A stretch of 64,000 nucleotides of DNA from the human T2T-CHM13v2.0 reference genome, Homo sapiens. The stretch is taken from NCBI RefSeq assembly GCF_009914755.1, contig NC_060927.1; one strand, written 5' to 3'. The notes beneath the pieces were generated by a model. That model did not search any database. It saw only the letters and a list, made by a program, of their open reading frames with translations, and was not told the origin of the DNA. The position numbers and the translations under genes are program-made. Below are positions 58,895 to 64,000 of the stretch, piece after piece (the first letter of the stretch is position 1; every line of letters starts with the position of its first letter).

Positions 58895-59665
58895 TCAAGT
58901 TTCTTTTTAAGTATCACCACCTCTGGAGACTTCTCATCCTTCTCCTCTGCTGCAGCATTGTCCACAGTATATTGAAGCTCTTTGCTCACTTGTTTCTTTC
59001 CTGAAATATCTTGCTTTCTTCAAAGATACCACTGTATCCCTAGTATCTGTTAATAAATAAAGGAATGAATCTACCACAAAGTCTGAGGAAAGAAACAAAG
59101 AACAGTGCTATTAAAATTATTAAGTAGGATGCAGATTTTATAATCATTAATTAAAAAATAACATTCAGTTCATGGTATAAATTCGGGTAATCTGCTGAAA
59201 GTTACTGACCTTCTTACGATTATAAGGGAAACCCTCCTTTCCCCCTTTCCATCTTCTGTTTAGTTCATAAAACAAGAACTTAGACTCAAACGATGATTTT
59301 GCAAAGAAACCATTAACCTTTTTCTTGCTTCTCACTTGATGTTTTCTTTAGTAGAAAGAGTGATTTATATGACTGGTCTGATAGTGGGAGACTGACTTAC
59401 ATTGATTTACACTTTTTTTTTTCTAATGGCCACCATCAATATGCTCATGCTTATTGACCATAAGTGGCCTTTCCTCTTGAGCTCTGTGTGTAGTTGGAGG
59501 TGGGGCAACTAATGAAGAATGTGCCTGCTTTGCAAACCCAACTATCTACATATGTAAGTTCCAGTGCCTGCATATGTGAAGAAACCCATTGTGGTCTCAA
59601 GTACAAGAGTGATTTTCTAATCTAGCTGTATCAGATACAAATCAATACTACTATTTTATCTATAG

Positions 59666-60010
<345 letters not shown>

Positions 60011-60122
60011 CCTTCTATTTATTTCTAAACTGGTACAGAATTTGTTGATGTTTGGAGAGACTAGTACTCTCAAACCCAAACAACACTTAATAAACCTCAT
60101 AAATAAACATATTTATATACGG

Positions 60123-60501
60123 TGATATGGTTAGGCTTTGTGTCCCCATCCAAATCTCATTTTGAATTGTAATCTCCATAATCCCCATGCATCAAGGGAG
60201 AGACCAGGTGGAGGTAATTGAATCATGGGGACAGTTTCCCCCATGCTGTTCTCATGATAGTGAGTGAGTTCTCACGAGATCTGATGGCATTATAAGGGGC
60301 TCTTTTCCCCTTTCCTTGGCACATCTCCTTCCTGCCACCTTGTGAAGAAGTGTCTTGCTTCCCCTTCACCTTCTGCCATGATTATAAGTTTCTTGAGGCC
60401 TCTGAGGCCATGCTGAACTATAAGTCAGTTAAACCTCTTTCCTTTATAAATTACCGAGTCTCAGGCAGTTCTTTATAGCAGTGTGAAAATTGACTAATAC
60501 A
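60123..60501 (+). mobile_element. THE1 (THE1D-like) MaLR solo LTR
   Basis: TGATATGGTTAGGCTTTGTGTCCCC..CTAATACA; perfect TSD TACGG at 60118-60122 and 60502-60506. Confidence 0.9.
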
Positions 60502-60952
60502 TACGGTAAAACAATCTTTTGGCTACCTAGATGCCAGCTATATTAAATGTTAGAACCGAAATGTAACTAGAGGTTACTTCAGTGATTTGATAGAAGATAG
60601 TCCATGGAAATAAGATAATTAGATTCTACTTCTAAGAAATGCATTCAAAACACAGAAATCAGAGCTGGCAAAATTTAGGCCTAACTTGGCTCTCTCACCA
60701 CCAGACCACTGGAAACCCTTAGACATTCCAGCAAAGTTACTCTCTCTGGTTGACATTGCAGTCAAAACTTGGCTCTGCTTATGTGATGGTTTAGTTGGCT
60801 CCTGCATTTTATTGCTAAAGCTGGATTTTACTGAGTTCTTCTTTCTTTGACCTACATGAAAATGTAGCATCCCCTCCTTCTTCCACATAGGACAGAAACC
60901 TCCAAATGACCAGGATAGTGGGAAAAGACAGGATAGTATCTCTTCATTTGAA

Positions 60953-61645
60953 TGTTACAGTAGGTAGTCAGACATGAGCAGGGCAGGAGAGCCACCCCCT
61001 CCAATACCAACCAAGAATGTCAGGCAACCATCAGGTGATGGTCTGGTGGTTGTTAAGTGTGTTTCTAAAATAGTAATTGGTCACAGCCAGTGCCAGGCAA
61101 AGATAGTCTCCCAGTAGATAGAAATCCGATACTGGTGATCAGCAGCTTCTTGATAAGATCTCAAGAGTTGGGCAAGTGAGCTCAAGCATGTGCACTAAGA
61201 GGCAAAATCATGGAGTTTAACTGCTATATGACCTTATAGGAACATTTGACTGGTAAGGGAAGAACGCCTCAAGTGAGCATGCGTACAACTCCAGTAAACA
61301 CAATGCACATGCAGCCCCTCCCAAGTGCTGGCAGGCCACTGTGCATGTAAAATGCCAACGTATAAGACCCCAAGTCAAGGTCAAACCGGACACTTGATCT
61401 CTCAAGTGACTCACTTGGCTCTCTTCCAAGTGTACTTTATTTCCTTTCATTCCTATTCAAAAGCCTTTAAATAAACTTTAACAACTGCTGTAAAACTTGC
61501 CTCAGTCTCTCTTTGTCTTATGCCCCTTGATTGAATTCTTCCTCCTGAGGAGGCAAGAACTGAGGTTGCTGCAGACGCGTACTAATTCACTGCTGCTAAC
61601 ATACTTTGGTGCTGCATGAATTGGATATGTTCCCTAATGGTAAGA
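60953..61645 (+). mobile_element. ERV1 LTR (MER50-like)
   Basis: TGTTACAGTAGGTAG..CAGACATGAGCAGGGCAGGAGAG start, TATAA and AATAAA, GAGGCAAGAACTGAGGTTGCTGCAGAC near the end; 3' boundary uncertain. Confidence 0.75.
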
Positions 61646-64000
61646 GAACATGATCTTCACTTTTCTGATTTAGAATAAAGATAAAGACATTAACTTGGAG
61701 ATGATGTATTTACTTTTCCTCTCCATCCTAAGAAAGGGTCATTCCAGAAGTTCGTTCATATTTATTCATTATATGAATAAAATTTTTCCTCTTCAAGAAT
61801 CCAGAACTTATGACTCATATTTGGGAAAATGCACTGTGGAAGGAGAATATAATCAAGAAATAGGTAAGGCTAAAGTTTCCTGAAAAAAAAAATTGATGAA
61901 GATTAGCCAAGAAAAGCTTTAGAACAGGAAGCACTTAGAAGAGACTACCATTGATTTCATTATGGGGAGTGGGGAGAAAGATATGGTTAGAAAGTATGTG
62001 GGGAGATGCCCAGGATTGGACTCCTTGTAAGTAACTCAATTCTTATTGTGATTTCCTTTTGGAAACTGTAAATATACTATTTAACATAAAGCCTTAATTT
62101 CGCTCCTTTTTTGTTTGGTTATCATCTTAAATTACACCAATGCTTCAAAAAAGAAAAGCACCTATATATACCTGCATATATAGAGAGATGGTCTTGCGGA
62201 GGCTAAAGAAATGAGGTGGTAAAGAGTTGGGATGACCTGACTCCACCCCCAGGAAAAAAAACAGCCTCCCATGCAGACAGTGACCATCATCTCAGAAAGA
62301 GTGCAACCTCAGCCCTCTCCATTTTGACCCTTAAGCTAGATGTTGCTTCTCTCTAAAGGATGGGGCATGACACATCCCATGTCTCCCTTATAAAAATATA
62401 TGCGAGCAAGAAAGCCTAGTGATCACTTTTGAAAAATAAAACTGTAGTAATTTTCTGTTGAAATATTGATTTGAATGAACATGAAAATCTTCTTTTATCT
62501 AGAACACAAGCAAAATGCAGTCTTCTTTCACAACTGAGGGAGAGCCAAAGATAATAAAACATGAAATTAGAATCTAGAGCCAAAAAAAAAAAAAACTGAT
62601 GAATTATTCAGTTCTCACTCCTGCTTTGGAAACTGAGGTTTAAAGAGGTTAAAATCAAGGTCACCCAGTGGATGTGTGACAAGGAGTAGGGATGTGGAAA
62701 CCAAGGCTTTTGTGTACAATCTGTGTTTCTTACACTCCAACCTGTGCCCATTCTGAGACAGTTTCAGACGGTGATGAAAAAAACCTCTCCATGCCCCAAA
62801 TCAGCAATCAGAGTCCAAGAATGATCAGTTTTCTAGTCAGCTGTGCTGAATGAGCTCTATGACCTGGATTTCTCCTGCAATATCTTAGTTTTCCCTTGCC
62901 CAGTTACTTTTATGACCTATTTAATAAGTCATAAAATTATGTACTAAATTTAAAAAACTATAACTTGTAATACTATATTATAAGGATAATGTCATTGGTA
63001 AGGAATCCTAAGTAGACTATTACTTTTTTAATTTCTCAGATATCCATAAGTTCTGCTTGGGGGAACTGGTTTGAACTAGATACAAAGAAATTAGCCATAT
63101 AACAGTTTATCTCTTTGGCAACCCCATTTTCCTAGTACTTCAAAATGACTCCTGCTTCAGAAATGAACACATATTCAAAGCCAGTGTACAAACTTAATGG
63201 TCATCCGGTAATATTGCAAAATATCATCTGACCTGCCCAAATACATATTTTTAGACAGTTCTATAAATGGCTCCTTCCCACGGGATACATATTTCTGTTC
63301 CATTTTTTGTGAATGAATATTCCCTGCTCCCACACCCTTCTTTACAGGAAGAGGAAGAAACACTGGAATTACTAAATGGAGCATGACTCTTTTTCCAGAC
63401 AACAGGCCCAACCATGAGAATTAGAACGTCACTTGGCAGCTGGATCCCTTTTCTGTCCTCAGAGACGATGACACCTCAGGAAAGTGCTTACCTCCACATA
63501 CTTCCTGAAGCCTTAAAAGGTCAAGAGTACTTATTGAGACACATTTTATTTTCCGCTGTCCAATCTAAAGGCATCACAATGTTTTTCAGAGAGATTTTAA
63601 TTCTACAAAATGATTCAGTAAAAGACTGGATCTAAAATTTGTCATGTTAAAAACTACTAAAATCAGGTCATGGTACAATAATTTCCTACAGCTTATAATA
63701 ATTATCATGAAAGTATAAGTCCTGCATTTCTGTTTCTTAAACTATAACGTTTTAAAAATTATTTAATATTGTTTTATCCTAATCATATTCAGATCAAACA
63801 AAGGTATAGTTGTTTTTTAACTGGCAAAAATGCAGGAAAAATGTGTAAACTTTTAAACAACCAATATTCAGAGTGAACTTTTAGAAAATGTTAAATTTAT
63901 CCCTCAAGTAAACTGTTTGTTATTTGCTTATATTCCTTTAGAAATCCACCAGGAAACTCTGTCCATTACTCTGACATGATTGTACCATTAGGACCTCTCC

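Overview
AT-rich primate (most likely human) genomic DNA, not microbial. It holds the 5' end of CBLB (E3 ubiquitin ligase Cbl-b) on the minus strand. The CpG-island promoter and candidate first exons lie at about 24.5-25.8 kb, the start-codon exon at 23712-23893 and the next coding exon at 9718-9968; later exons fall beyond position 1. The roughly 38 kb upstream (25.8-64 kb) shows no credible gene and consists of Alu, L1, L2, MIR, MaLR/ERV LTRs (including a HERV-H LTR7), DNA transposons and microsatellites. Nearly all ORFs in the track are repeat- or GC-derived noise. I found no evidence of a new multi-gene system. The most notable observations are: (1) exon 3 begins with a 5' splice-site motif, giving a recursive-splicing-like junction; (2) several candidate first exons, including a GC donor, an in-frame 28-aa N-terminal extension and a uORF; (3) a 58-bp templated insertion copied from a neighbouring L1 into a Tigger; (4) a chimeric AluYa5/AluS without a TSD; (5) a same-orientation solo LTR7 upstream of CBLB. 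Repeat subfamily names come from recall of consensus sequences, and boundaries of old repeats are approximate.
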